Positions 1-9,815 of a DNA stretch of 64,000 bases are shown piece after piece. Under the pieces are notes generated by a model, which had not been told where the DNA came from, ran no database searches, and worked only from the letters and a program-made list of their open reading frames with translations. This DNA is from Stenotrophomonas sp. (GTDB taxonomy: Bacteria > Pseudomonadota > Gammaproteobacteria > Xanthomonadales > Xanthomonadaceae), in assembly GCA_039592995.1 (NCBI GenBank), contig JBCNQC010000009.1:18956-82955 (forward strand). The letters run 5' to 3'. Every line of letters begins with the position of its first letter. Within the stretch, counting starts at the first letter, position 1. The translations under genes and the position numbers were made by a program.

Positions 1-92
1 GGGGCACTTGGCTTCGCTTTTCATCGGTATCTACCTGTGTACTGGCGAGAGAGGGAATGGCCTCGCGAACAAGGCGTGTGCGAGTGCCTTGA

Positions 93-164
93 CGATAGTG
101 ACCGTCCTTCGATAGGTAAAATCGATTGATTCTTTAGTGTCGATAGATGGCGTCTATCGATAGG
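93..164. promoter_or_regulatory. Cluster of CGATAG hexamers including the perfect palindrome TCGATAG-N7-CTATCGA (140-160); candidate operator region
   Basis: CGATAG occurs at 93-98, 110-115, 141-146 and 158-163 (spacings 17/31/17 nt), with an inverted copy at 154-159. The cluster lies in a locally AT-richer non-coding stretch between the DUF937 stop (199) and a possible minus-strand ATG at 24-22 that runs off the window. Confidence 0.3.
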
Positions 165-198
165 TGGCCGGGCCGAAGGCGACCCGACCACCCAAGGC

Positions 199-807
199 TC
201 AGCGTTTGCCGCCGAGCAGGCCCAGCACGTCGTTGACGCCGAATTTGCCGTCGCCGTCCTGGTCAAGAACGCCACCGAGCAGGTCGCCGATGCCGCCACC
301 CCCGGTCTGACGATTCTCTTCGCCGAGGGCCTGGCTGAGCTGGTTGGCGTTGCCCTGCTGGGCAAATTGTTTGGCCAGGAACGACATTACGATAGGGGCG
401 AGGATCATCAGCAACTGGCCCGAACGGCCGCTGTCCAGGCCGGTTTTCTGCCCCAGCAGACTGGCCGCCTGGGGCGTTTGCCTGCCGAATACGTGACCCA
501 GGATGCCCGCTCCGTTGGTGGAGGGGGTAGCGGTGCCGCCGCCCAGGACGGAGCCAAGTAGCCCGCCGAGGTCGAAGCCGCCGCCTCCGCTTCCCAGGTG
601 GTCGCGTTGCAGCGCATTGAGCAGCGATTGCGCCCCCTGTGGCTGGCTGGCGTTGTTGGCGAGGCCGCCCATGAGCAGGGGCAAGGCGGCGCTGATCGCC
701 TGCGACGCTTGGCCGCTGTCCATGCCGAGCTGTTGGGAAACCTGCTGCAGGGCGGGCCCGCTCTGCAGCTGCGAGAAGAGCGAAGCAGTGAGCGATTGCG
801 TATTCAC
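199..807 (-). CDS. DUF937-family protein (Gly/Leu/Gln-rich)
   Basis: ORF 199..888. QQLGMDSGQASQAISAALPLLMGGLA and the C-terminal LDQDGDGKFGVNDVLGLLGGKR look like DUF937. The longer ORF has no ATG. GTG at 807 has AAGGAG (819-814) 6 nt upstream. Confidence 0.7.
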   Translation of the reverse strand: MNTQSLTASLFSQLQSGPALQQVSQQLGMDSGQASQAISAALPLLMGGLANNASQPQGAQSLLNALQRDHLGSGGGGFDLGGLLGSVLGGGTATPSTNGAGILGHVFGRQTPQAASLLGQKTGLDSGRSGQLLMILAPIVMSFLAKQFAQQGNANQLSQALGEENRQTGGGGIGDLLGGVLDQDGDGKFGVNDVLGLLGGKR

Positions 808-903
808 GATCGACTCCTTGGGTCCAGGGGTGGGGACCGGCGGAGCATAACGCCGCGTATACGAAGACCATGCGAAGGCTTCACGCACCCGGCCTGCGGC
901 CGG

Positions 904-986
904 TCACCCGACCAACGGTCGGGTGCTACCGTCATCCCATGCATGTCGGAGGGCCCGGCGGTAGGTCACGACCGTTGGTCGTGACC
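904..986. repeat. Two REP (SMAG-like) hairpins in inverted orientation between mutS and the DUF937 gene
   Basis: cacccgaccaacggtcgggtgctac (904-929) and gtaggtcacgaccgttggtcgtgacc (961-986). Both are GC-rich stem-loops capped by GTAG/CTAC. The second abuts the mutS stop codon (987-989). Confidence 0.75.
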
Positions 987-3575
987 TCACAACAACCCCT
1001 TCAACCGGTACAAGGCTTCCAGCGCCTGCTTCGGGGTCAGCTCATCCGGATCAATCGCGGCCAGCGCCTCCTGCGCCTTGCTCGACGGCGCGGTAAACAG
1101 CCCGAACTGCTGCGGGGCATCCAAGGCCTGCGGGGCCATGGTGGCCGCCACGCTCTCGCCGCCACGCTGCTCCAGCTCGGCCAACCGCCGCCGTGCCTGG
1201 GCCACCGTCGCGCGCGGCAAGCCGGCCAGTGCGGCCACCTGCAGGCCGAAGCTGCGGTTGGCTGGGCCGTCCTTCACCGCGTGCATGAAGACCAGCTGCT
1301 CGCCGTGCTCCACTGCATCCAGATGCACGTTGGCAATGCCACTGGTACCGCCTTCGTGCTGCTCGTCGGCCAGCGCGGTGAGCTCGAAATAGTGCGTCGC
1401 AAACAGGGTATAGCAGCGGTTCTGGTACGCCAGGTGACGCGCCACCGCATCTGCCAGGGCCAGGCCGTCGTACGTGGAGGTGCCGCGCCCGATCTCGTCC
1501 ATCAGCACCAGCGAATGCTCGGTTGCGTGATGCAGGATGTAGCTGGTTTCAGACATTTCCACCATGAAGGTGGACTGCCCGCGCGCTAGGTCGTCGCCCG
1601 CGCCGATGCGGGTCAGAATGCGGTCGATCGGGCCGATCACCGCACGGCTGGCCGGCACGAAACTGCCGATATGTGCCAGCAGCACGATCAGTGCGTTCTG
1701 GCGCATGTAGGTGGACTTACCGCCCATGTTCGGACCGGTGATCACCAGCATGCGACGGTCCGGATGCAGGTCCAGGTCATTCGGTTCGAACGGCTGTTCG
1801 CGCACCGCTTCCACCACCGGGTGGCGGCCGCGTTCGATGCGCAGGCAGGGCGCGGTGTCCAGTTCCGGGCGCGCCCAGTCCAACGCCTGCGCGCGTTCGG
1901 CGAACGCGGCCAGCACGTCCAGTTCGCTCAATGCGGCGGCGCACTGTTTCAGTGGTTCCAGATTTGCGCCCAGCGTGTCCAGCAGCTGTTCGTACAGCAG
2001 TTTCTCGCGCGACAGCGAACGCTCGCGCGCGGAAAGTACCTTGTCTTCGAACGACTTCAGTTCTTCGGTGATGTAACGCTCGGCATTGGTCAGGGTCTGG
2101 CGGCGGGTGTAGTGCACCGGGGCCTTGTCCGACTGCCCCTTGCTGATTTCAATGTAGTAGCCATGCACGCGGTTGTAGCCGACCTTCAGCGTGGCGATGC
2201 CGCTGCTGGCGCGCTCGCGCTGTTCCAGGTCGATCAGGAACTGGTCGGCGTTGGTGGACAGGCGACGCAGCTCGTCCAGTTCCGCATCGAAACCTTCGGC
2301 AATCACGCCGCCGTCGCTGAGCTTCAGCGGCGGGGTCGGCGCAACCGCAGTAGCCAGCAGGTGCGCGCTTTCGTCATGCTCGCCCAGCGAGGCATGCAGC
2401 GCCTGCAGGCGAGGCGAGTCCAGCTTGGCCAGTACCGCGCGCACGTCCGGCAGCAACGCCAGGCCATCACGCAGGGTGGAGAAGTCACGCGGGCGCGCCG
2501 AGCGCAAGGCCACACGGGTGAGGATACGTTCGAGGTCGCCCAGCGCACGGAAGGCATCGCGCACGTCGCCGTCCGCACCGCGATCAATCAGCGTGGCCAC
2601 CGCGTCGTGGCGCTGCACCAGCACCTCGCGCAGGCGCAGCGGACGATGCAGCCAGCGGCGCAGCAGGCGGCCGCCCATCGGCGTCACCGTGGTGTCGAGC
2701 ACGCCGAGCAGGGTATTACGGGTGTCGCCATCAACGCGCGTGTCCAGTTCCAGATGGCGGCGCGTGGCCGCGTTCATGGCAATGGCTTCGCTGGCGGATT
2801 CGGTGGCAATCGCGGTCAGATGCGGCAGGCGCTGCTTCTGGGTTTCTTCCACATAACCCAGCAGGGCACCGGCGGCAGCGGTGGCACGCGGCTTGTCGTC
2901 GATGCCGAAGCCGGTCAGGTCGTGCAGCTTGAAGAAGTTCAGCAGCTGGCGGCGGCCACTGTCGGCATCGAACAGCCACGGCGCGCGGCGGCGGATGCCG
3001 CTACGGTGCTTCAGGAATTCCGGCCAGTTTTCTTCATCGGGCACCAGCAGTTCGGCGGGCTCCAGGCGGGCCAATTCGGCTTCCAATGCGTCGTCGGTAT
3101 CGACCTCGTTGACCAGGAAGCGGCCACCGGCCAGATCCGCCCAGGCCAGCCCGTAGCCCTGCTTGCTGCGCGACAGGGCCATCAGCAGGGTGTCGCGACG
3201 CTCGTCCAGCAGCGCCTCGTCGGTCACCGTGCCCGGGGTGACAATCCGCACCACCTTGCGTTCGACCAACCCCTTTGCCAGCGCCGGATCGCCGATCTGC
3301 TCGCAGATTGCCACCGATTCGCCCAGCGCCACCAGCCGGGCCAGATAACCCTCATAGGCATGCACCGGCACGCCTGCCATCGGAATGGGGGCACCACCGG
3401 AGCTGCCGCGCTGGGTCAGGGTGATGTCCAGCAGCCGCGCCGCCTTGCGTGCGTCGTCGTAGAACAGCTCGTAGAAGTCCCCCATGCGGAAGAACAGCAG
3501 CAGGTCCGGATAATCGGACTTGGCTGCGAAGAACTGCTTCATCAGCGGGGTGTGTTCAACGGGCTTCTGGGTCAC
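987..3575 (-). CDS. mutS: DNA mismatch repair protein MutS
   Basis: ORF 987..3728. N-terminal [32 protein letters not shown], Walker [14 protein letters not shown] and [16 protein letters not shown]. Start trimmed to GTG 3575 because the longer reading runs through a REP hairpin (3608-3633) and has no ATG. Confidence 0.95.
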   Translation of the reverse strand: MTQKPVEHTPLMKQFFAAKSDYPDLLLFFRMGDFYELFYDDARKAARLLDITLTQRGSSGGAPIPMAGVPVHAYEGYLARLVALGESVAICEQIGDPALAKGLVERKVVRIVTPGTVTDEALLDERRDTLLMALSRSKQGYGLAWADLAGGRFLVNEVDTDDALEAELARLEPAELLVPDEENWPEFLKHRSGIRRRAPWLFDADSGRRQLLNFFKLHDLTGFGIDDKPRATAAAGALLGYVEETQKQRLPHLTAIATESASEAIAMNAATRRHLELDTRVDGDTRNTLLGVLDTTVTPMGGRLLRRWLHRPLRLREVLVQRHDAVATLIDRGADGDVRDAFRALGDLERILTRVALRSARPRDFSTLRDGLALLPDVRAVLAKLDSPRLQALHASLGEHDESAHLLATAVAPTPPLKLSDGGVIAEGFDAELDELRRLSTNADQFLIDLEQRERASSGIATLKVGYNRVHGYYIEISKGQSDKAPVHYTRRQTLTNAERYITEELKSFEDKVLSARERSLSREKLLYEQLLDTLGANLEPLKQCAAALSELDVLAAFAERAQALDWARPELDTAPCLRIERGRHPVVEAVREQPFEPNDLDLHPDRRMLVITGPNMGGKSTYMRQNALIVLLAHIGSFVPASRAVIGPIDRILTRIGAGDDLARGQSTFMVEMSETSYILHHATEHSLVLMDEIGRGTSTYDGLALADAVARHLAYQNRCYTLFATHYFELTALADEQHEGGTSGIANVHLDAVEHGEQLVFMHAVKDGPANRSFGLQVAALAGLPRATVAQARRRLAELEQRGGESVAATMAPQALDAPQQFGLFTAPSSKAQEALAAIDPDELTPKQALEALYRLKGLL

Positions 3576-3607
3576 GCGGGGTCCATCGGGGCAGGCTGGA
3601 ACCGTAT

Positions 3608-3633
3608 TGTAGAGCCACGCCCTGCGTGGCTGG
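3608..3633. repeat. REP (SMAG-like) hairpin, CCACGC-stem class
   Basis: tgtagagccacgccctgcgtggctgg. The same stem class recurs at 30181-30249 and 48906-48930. Confidence 0.7.
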
Positions 3634-3807
3634 AATTTCTGTTCCGCCGATACGAGAAAGCCCCCTTGGGGGCCTCCTTGGGGAAACACCACGGTTTCTT
3701 CGGCGGCGGGGCGGGCCGCGCGCTGCACAGAACCATTCGCCTGGATGTGACGTTCGAGAAGTAAGTCCGCGAGGCCTCAGCCAGGAGTGGAACGTGGCCG
3801 ATAGGCA

Positions 3808-4230
3808 CTAACGGCCGCCCTGAAACGTGAAGGTGAAGCGGGCATCGGACGCGGCGGTTTCCCCACCGATCGGCACGGGCGTCGCATCCACCAGCGTCAA
3901 CATGCCATCGGCAACGGGGACCGGACTTCCCAGCGTGAGGTCAATCTCCTTGGACCAGCCGCCACCGAGCACTGTTGCCCTGACGATCAGGCGGCCGGCC
4001 TGGATGCATTGAACGTCGGCTGGGCAACGGCTGTCTTCGATGACGCGGTCGGGCCGGACTCTGGGGCCATCAACCGTTGCCACCTCTCCCACACGCACAG
4101 GGCCTTCAATGGGAAGGCTCGTAACCGGACCCGCTGCCGCGCATCCTGCAAGTGATATGGCCATCAAAGCAGGGAGCGCTGCCGATGTCATCCGAAGGGT
4201 CATTGCAGGTTTTCGCTGTTCGATTCGCAT
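3808..4230 (-). CDS. Hypothetical lipoprotein
   Basis: ORF 3808..4347 (TTG first codon). ATGs at 4230 and 4203 precede a lipobox-type signal MTSAALPALMAISLAGC. GGAG lies about 11 nt upstream of 4230. No recognised family. Confidence 0.55.
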   Translation of the reverse strand: MRIEQRKPAMTLRMTSAALPALMAISLAGCAAAGPVTSLPIEGPVRVGEVATVDGPRVRPDRVIEDSRCPADVQCIQAGRLIVRATVLGGGWSKEIDLTLGSPVPVADGMLTLVDATPVPIGGETAASDARFTFTFQGGR

Positions 4231-4395
4231 GGCTGGGGTGGCTCCGAAGATGATCTGAGTGTCCCACAGCGCTGCGCCGCACGGCCGATCCAAGCAGGTT
4301 TCCCTCGAAACCAATTGACCGGCGATGGCGAATATCGGAATACCCAACCGTTATTTTAATGCGGCGGCGCGACATGAAAGAGTGGGCTTCTGTTC

Positions 4396-5616
4396 ATGAT
4401 CGCCTTCGGAGCCCGCCTGCCCATGTCCGCCGTCCGTTCTGTAGCTCCCGCCAAAGTGATTGGCGCTTCCGCGTTGTCTGCCCTGCTGCTGCTCGCCGCC
4501 CCCTTGGCCTTCTCAGCCGAAGGCACTGCTTCGCCGCTGCGTGACTACCTCACGGCCAAACAGGCCGCGATCCAGGTCCAGCAGGCGCAACCCGGCGTCC
4601 CCACGGCGATCCACGCCAAGGTCACCGCCGAAAGCCGCTCGGGCGTTCGCCGCCTGCGCATCGGGGAAACCGGCGAGTTCCAGCACATCAGTGACAGCGG
4701 GCGCAGCTACGCCGGCTACAACCTGGGTGCCGGGTCCTGGGATTCGCTGGTGGGCACGCTGGCCAGTGCCGTGGCCGACGAATATGTGGTGCAGGCGGCG
4801 GTGCAGGGCCTGCCGCTGGATGGCCTGGATGTGGTGTTCACCAGCATTCCCGAACGCAAGAGCGAGACCCTGGCGTATCCGAACAACCTGTCCTATGTGG
4901 CCTATATCGACTCGCCGGCCACAGAGGCCCAGCTGCAGGCGCTGAAGCGTGCTGTGCATGAAAATTCCTCAGCCATCGATCTGGTTACCCAGCCGCAGCA
5001 GGTCAGCCACGCCGAGGTGGACTATGTCCAGAGTCCCGCCACGCGCGATCCCACGCTGCCGCCCGGGCTGCGCGATTTCATCACCGAAGAGAAGCGTCCG
5101 GCCGTGCTGGCCCGCCAGGTGAAGCCGGCGGACGGCAAGAAGAAGCCCTCCGAGCCCGAAACCCTGGTGGCGCGCGCCCATGTCGAGCCGCGCACCGGTC
5201 TGCGTCGCGTGTTCCTTGGCAAGGACGGCTACCACCAGCAACTGCACGACAGTGCGCCCGGACTGCTGGGCTACGGGCTGGCACCGACGGTTGAAGAGCA
5301 CCTGCTCGGGGTGACCGGTACCTGCCTGACCCACATCTTCGAGGTGCAGGCCGCATCGCGGAACGTGCTGCTGGATTCGCTGGAGCTCACCGTGGATGGC
5401 CAGCTGAGCCCGCGTTTCGGCAGCAACGTCACCTCGCCGGCGCGCTTCAGCGACATCCGCTACAAAGTCCGGATCGAATCGCCGGCCTCGGCACAGGAGA
5501 TCGATGCCCTGCGTCAGTCCGTGGAAGCCACGTGTCCGCTGTACAACCTGGTGAAGGACGAGCAGAAGCTGGAAGGCCGCATCGTGCGAGGCGCGTATGC
5601 AGAACCTGCGCAGTAA
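4396..5616 (+). CDS. Exported tandem OsmC/Ohr-like protein (degenerate N-terminal half, Cys-bearing C-terminal half)
   Basis: ATG 4396 (alternative ATG 4423). Signal-like ASALSALLLLAAPLAFSAEG. The C-terminal half has the two OsmC-position cysteines (GVTGTCLTHIF and SVEATCPLYNLVKD). The N-terminal half has a similar layout but no Cys. Confidence 0.6.
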   Translation: MIAFGARLPMSAVRSVAPAKVIGASALSALLLLAAPLAFSAEGTASPLRDYLTAKQAAIQVQQAQPGVPTAIHAKVTAESRSGVRRLRIGETGEFQHISDSGRSYAGYNLGAGSWDSLVGTLASAVADEYVVQAAVQGLPLDGLDVVFTSIPERKSETLAYPNNLSYVAYIDSPATEAQLQALKRAVHENSSAIDLVTQPQQVSHAEVDYVQSPATRDPTLPPGLRDFITEEKRPAVLARQVKPADGKKKPSEPETLVARAHVEPRTGLRRVFLGKDGYHQQLHDSAPGLLGYGLAPTVEEHLLGVTGTCLTHIFEVQAASRNVLLDSLELTVDGQLSPRFGSNVTSPARFSDIRYKVRIESPASAQEIDALRQSVEATCPLYNLVKDEQKLEGRIVRGAYAEPAQ

Positions 5617-8602
5617 GGCCGAGCCCGCCCGCCACGTTCATCGCGCTGTGCCTCTTTATCGCCGCCACCTGGTGCTGGCGCTGTGCACCCTGCTGGCACC
5701 TTCGGCGTATGCCGAGGAGGACGCGGTTGCAACCGTTGAGGCGAACGATCGCGCCAGTGCCCGCACCCTGGACAAGGTCTCGGTGCTGGGCTCGCAGATC
5801 GCCGGCGGCGGTGCCCAGGCGGCGCTGCCGGTGGTCGCGGTGGACCGTGAGCAGATCGATGCTACCGGGGCCACCAATGGCAACGAGCTGTTCCGCAGCC
5901 TTCCGCAGTTTGGCGACGTGGCGGTAACCGAAAAGGGCACCACCAATGCCGGGCGCAACTCCAATGTGGCGCGCGGGGACGTGGGCTCGATCAACCTGCG
6001 CGGACTCGGATCCAAATACACTCTGCTGCTGCTCAACGGGCGTCGCACCGTGCAGCACCCGATCAGCAACAGCGGTGATGACACCACGTACAACGCCAAC
6101 GCGATTCCCACCTTCGGGCTGGAGCGGGTCAATCTGCTGCTGGATGGTGCGGCCTCGATCTACGGCTCTGACGCGGTGGCCGGTGTGGTCGACCTGGTGA
6201 TGCCCAGCAACCTGGCCGATGGCGGCGGCATCCAGCTGAACTACGGCAAGGTCACCGACGGGCACCGCGAGGACATCTCGCTGGATGGCTACTTTGGCAG
6301 TGACTTTGCCGAGGGTCGAGCCAATCTGTCGGTGCTGTACGGCTTCTCGAAGCGCACCTCGCAGCTCAACTCCGATGCGTGGTTCACCGCCACCGATGGC
6401 CGCCGCCCACTCGGCGACGGCACCAGCGTTCCGGACCCGAACGGTACGACCGGCTTCAGCACGCGCACGCCGTGGGGCCATTTCGAAACCTATGCCAATG
6501 GTCGTCGCACCGGTACCTGGTCGGTCAACCCGGTCACCGGTGCCCTGGTGTCCGGCTCGGTGCCCACCCGCTATCACTACGATTCGGCCGCCGAGCCGGG
6601 CATCACCACGTCACCGGCGATCAAGAAGGGCAACGTGTTCGCCAATGGCCGCTTCGACCTGACCGACTCCGTGCAGCTGTTTGGTGAGCTGGGCTACTAC
6701 CGCGCCCGCTCCGAGTCCTGGGTGAGCAGTGAATCCGGCTTCGGTGGCGATGGCTTTCTGCTGCATATCCGCCCGGATGCCTACTGGGTGCCGGAGTCAC
6801 TGCGCGGTGCCGATGCGATCCGGCTGCTCAACTACCAGTTCGCCGATTCGGGAATCCGCAAGGTCGAGGTGGACAATGATCAGTCGCGTCTGCTGCTGGG
6901 GGTGCGCGGTTGGACCGAGGGCGGCTGGAACTGGGAGACCGCGTTGCTGTATTCGCGGGCGCGCAGCAAGGACACCCAGCAGGGCGGGTTGACCGATGCC
7001 TTCATCGAGGCCGTAAACCGCACCGACGCCAGTGCCTACAACCCGTTCAGTGGCGGTGATCCCGACAGCATCCGGGTCGGGGATGCCACTCCCTACGACA
7101 CCTCGTCTTTCATTGGCGAGGCGACGCGTGAAGGCACCGCCGAACTGGCGCTGTGGGACTTCAAGGTCAACCGTCCCGACGTGATCCGCTGGTACGCGGG
7201 TGACATCGGCTTGGCCGCAGGCGTGGAGTACCGCTACGAAAGCCGCGAGGATGACCGCGACGAGAACATCGATGGCAGCCGCCCCTACAAGGACTGGTAT
7301 ACCGGTACGGTCGCGCCCAGCAATTTCTTTACCCATAGCCCGCGTCCGGATGTGCGCGGCAGCCGCAACGTCAAGTCGGCGCTGATTGAACTGGCGGTTC
7401 CATTGATCTCGCCGGCACAGAACATTCCATTGGTGCAGTCGCTGGACCTGCAGATTGCGGGTCGGTATGAGGACTACAGCGACGCCGGGCAGGTGGCAAA
7501 GCCGAAGTTCGCGGTGGCATGGAAGGTCAACGACAGCGTGCTGCTGCGAGGCTCTGTCAGCGGCGGCTTCCGCGCTCCAGGCCTGGAGCTGGTCAATTCG
7601 CCACCGACCTATGGCTTTGGCTTCAACAACGATGCCGTCCGCTGCCACGCCCTGATCAGCAAGGGGGTACAACCCGATTACAGCGCCTGCTTGAACGCCT
7701 TCAGCAGCGGCTCGTCGGTCAAGCCTTCGGTCAGCACGGTGACGTCGTACGGCGACGACGTGAAGCCGGAAACCACACGACAATCCTCGTGGGGCGCTGT
7801 GTTCGAGCCACGGTTCCTGCCCGATTCGCTGGGCTCGCTGAGCCTGAGCGTGGATGCCTGGAAGGTGAAGGTGGAAAACCCCATCAGCACGCTGGGTGAG
7901 GAGCTGCTCTACGATGCCTACCTGCGCGTGGTGGAAGGCAGCAGCAACCCGAACGTGGTACGCGCGGCGGTGACGGCTGAGGATATCGCGCAGTTCGAGG
8001 GATCCGGTCTGGCACCAGTGGGCGTGGTGACCCACGTCTACACCCGTTATCAGAATCGTAGTCCGCTGACAGCATCCGGAGTGGACTACAACTTCAACTG
8101 GCGTCTGCCAGAGACCGCATGGGGGAACTTCGCCTTGCTGGTCAGCGTCAGCCAGCTCAAGGAATACACCCAGCGCAAGCCCATCGAGGTGCAGCAGGTG
8201 GCCGCCGCTGTCGCCAGCGGGCAGCTGAACATCATCGCCCCCGACCTGGGCGCGGCCAACGAGGTCGGCATCAATGGGGCCAAGCCGGAATGGCGGGCCA
8301 GTGCCACCCTGATCTGGAATCTGCAGGACTGGACCGTGCGCCTGCGCGATGACTACATCGACAGTGTGACGGCAGGGGCGTACTCGGACCGCACGCCCTA
8401 TGTGGTGGGGTCGACCCAGCGCTGGGCGCTGTCGGTAAAGAAGGAATTCAATCACGGTTGGCTCAACGGCACTGCAGTGGAAGTCGGGGCACGCAATCTG
8501 TTCGATGAGGAGCCGCCGCTGAACGCCTCCGGCAACTACCTCACCGCGCTGCATGAGTCGTACGGGCGCTACCTCCACGTTGGCATCTCCAAACACTGGT
8601 GA
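5597..8602 (+). CDS. TonB-dependent receptor
   Basis: 1001-aa ORF. Signal peptide ending AYAEED, plug motifs (LDKVSVLGS, INLRGLGSKYTLLLLNGRR) and a C-terminal aromatic beta-signal (...LHVGISKHW). Overlaps the preceding OsmC-like gene by 20 nt. Confidence 0.9.
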   Translation: MQNLRSKAEPARHVHRAVPLYRRHLVLALCTLLAPSAYAEEDAVATVEANDRASARTLDKVSVLGSQIAGGGAQAALPVVAVDREQIDATGATNGNELFRSLPQFGDVAVTEKGTTNAGRNSNVARGDVGSINLRGLGSKYTLLLLNGRRTVQHPISNSGDDTTYNANAIPTFGLERVNLLLDGAASIYGSDAVAGVVDLVMPSNLADGGGIQLNYGKVTDGHREDISLDGYFGSDFAEGRANLSVLYGFSKRTSQLNSDAWFTATDGRRPLGDGTSVPDPNGTTGFSTRTPWGHFETYANGRRTGTWSVNPVTGALVSGSVPTRYHYDSAAEPGITTSPAIKKGNVFANGRFDLTDSVQLFGELGYYRARSESWVSSESGFGGDGFLLHIRPDAYWVPESLRGADAIRLLNYQFADSGIRKVEVDNDQSRLLLGVRGWTEGGWNWETALLYSRARSKDTQQGGLTDAFIEAVNRTDASAYNPFSGGDPDSIRVGDATPYDTSSFIGEATREGTAELALWDFKVNRPDVIRWYAGDIGLAAGVEYRYESREDDRDENIDGSRPYKDWYTGTVAPSNFFTHSPRPDVRGSRNVKSALIELAVPLISPAQNIPLVQSLDLQIAGRYEDYSDAGQVAKPKFAVAWKVNDSVLLRGSVSGGFRAPGLELVNSPPTYGFGFNNDAVRCHALISKGVQPDYSACLNAFSSGSSVKPSVSTVTSYGDDVKPETTRQSSWGAVFEPRFLPDSLGSLSLSVDAWKVKVENPISTLGEELLYDAYLRVVEGSSNPNVVRAAVTAEDIAQFEGSGLAPVGVVTHVYTRYQNRSPLTASGVDYNFNWRLPETAWGNFALLVSVSQLKEYTQRKPIEVQQVAAAVASGQLNIIAPDLGAANEVGINGAKPEWRASATLIWNLQDWTVRLRDDYIDSVTAGAYSDRTPYVVGSTQRWALSVKKEFNHGWLNGTAVEVGARNLFDEEPPLNASGNYLTALHESYGRYLHVGISKHW

Positions 8603-8607
8603 ACTGC

Positions 8608-9576
8608 ATGAAGACTCACACGCTCGTCCTGTCCATCATGTTGGTCGTGTCCGCATCCGCTTGCAGTCCCGCGGATGGGGTGGTGGCCGAAGCGTCCGCG
8701 GCTGCACCGGCACCCAGCCGCTTCCAGCGGGAACACGCCGAGTGGGTGCAGCAACGTGCAGCCGACCTGCGCAGGCCCGACGGGTGGGTCAGCCTGATTG
8801 GACTGCACTGGATTGAAGCGGAGCGCCAGAGCGTGGGCGCAGGCAAGGACAACCCCATTCGCCTGGCAATTGGACCGCACCGGCTCGGCCAACTGGACCA
8901 ACGCGCTGATGGGCTGTATTTCAAAGCCGCTGAGGGAGTACGCATTACCGCCGACGGCAAGCCGCTGCAGGGTGACGTGCGGCTGGTGCCGGAAGGGAAG
9001 GGCGGGGGCACCAAGCTGGGGTATGACCAGGGCAAGGGGCAGATCACCGCGATCAGGCGTGGCCAGCGGCTGGCCCTGCGGGTGCGGCATGCGGACGCAC
9101 CGGCGCGCGTCGGGTTTGCCGGCCTCGACTTCTTTCCAGCCGATGAAGCCTGGCGCGTGCCGGCCCGCTTCGTAGCGCACCCGGTCGGCAAGACCCTGCC
9201 GATTGCCAGTGTGATCGGCGAAATCAACAACTCGCCGAATCCGGGATACGTGGTGTTTGAGAAGGACGGGCGTACGTGGCGGCTGGAAGCGCTGGGCGAT
9301 CCAGCGCAGGGCCTGAACCTGATGTTCCAGGACCAGACAACGGGACGGCAGACCTATGGCGTGGGGCGCTATCTGCATACCGATGCAGTCGCCGCCGACG
9401 GTAGTGTCACGCTTGATTTCAATCGTGCCTACAACCCGCCTTGCGCCTACACCGACTATGCAACCTGTCCGCTGCCGCCGCCGGAAAACCGGCTGGCGCA
9501 GAAAGGTGCCAATGCGGAGCCGCTGCGACTGGCGGTATTGGCGGGGGAAAGAAAGTATGCCTTGGCGCAGCATTGA
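8608..9576 (+). CDS. DUF1684-family lipoprotein
   Basis: ORF 8599..9576 (GTG). ATG 8608 gives MKTHTLVLSIMLVVSASAC (lipobox). C-terminal signature GRYLHTD...FNRAYNPPCAYTDYATCPLPPPENRL. Starts 6 nt after the receptor stop. Confidence 0.8.
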   Translation: MKTHTLVLSIMLVVSASACSPADGVVAEASAAAPAPSRFQREHAEWVQQRAADLRRPDGWVSLIGLHWIEAERQSVGAGKDNPIRLAIGPHRLGQLDQRADGLYFKAAEGVRITADGKPLQGDVRLVPEGKGGGTKLGYDQGKGQITAIRRGQRLALRVRHADAPARVGFAGLDFFPADEAWRVPARFVAHPVGKTLPIASVIGEINNSPNPGYVVFEKDGRTWRLEALGDPAQGLNLMFQDQTTGRQTYGVGRYLHTDAVAADGSVTLDFNRAYNPPCAYTDYATCPLPPPENRLAQKGANAEPLRLAVLAGERKYALAQH

Positions 9577-9640
9577 GTGTGTTCCGATGCCCATGTGCCA
9601 ACGGTACGCCAGGGTGTATGGCGCACAGGCTGTGGTGCAC

Positions 9641-9675
9641 AAGAGGGCTGGCGGATTGCCAGCCCTTCTTCCCGT
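9641..9675 (+). terminator. Putative rho-independent terminator after the DUF1684 gene
   Basis: aagagggctggc-ggatt-gccagcccttctt, with a perfect 9-bp core stem AGGGCTGGC/GCCAGCCCT, followed by the pyrimidine/T-rich tcttcccgtt. Confidence 0.5.
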
Positions 9676-9764
9676 TGAGATATTCACACCTTCTGGACAA
9701 GGGCGGGCTTAGGTTCTGCTCGATGGAGAAGGCTCAAATCGGGGGATTTGGTCTGGTTGCATAA

Positions 9765-9773
9765 GGGGGGGGG
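9765..9773. repeat. Homopolymeric G9 tract in the intergenic region upstream of the metallophosphoesterase gene
   Basis: ataaGGGGGGGGGcgttg, 43-51 nt upstream of ATG 9816. Confidence 0.9.
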
Positions 9774-9815
9774 CGTTGCTGGAGCAGTCGGCGCGAAGTT
9801 TCTTGTTGCCTGCTG

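Noticed and set aside
1-24. Possible 5' end of a minus-strand gene (ATG at 24-22, MKSEAKCP...) running off the left edge
   Set aside because: Only 8 codons are visible, which is too little to support a call. It is mentioned only as context for the CGATAG motif cluster.
3576-3728. Longer mutS start (track ORF begins at 3728)
   Set aside because: The extra 51 codons start at a GTG, contain no ATG, run through a REP hairpin (3608-3633) and have no counterpart in MutS N-termini. GTG 3575 sits 8 codons before the conserved HTPLM motif.
1671-3764. 697-aa plus-strand ORF antisense to mutS. Similar antisense ORFs: 6797-8596, 24646-26133, 30245-32365, 33767-36040, 46685-48283, 50330-51985, 54935-57211 and 60322-61869
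   Set aside because: Each is the mirror frame of a gene with clear family signatures. Their translations are Arg/Ala/Gly/Gln-rich with no recognisable motifs, signal peptides or ribosome-binding sites. They are treated as high-GC artefacts.
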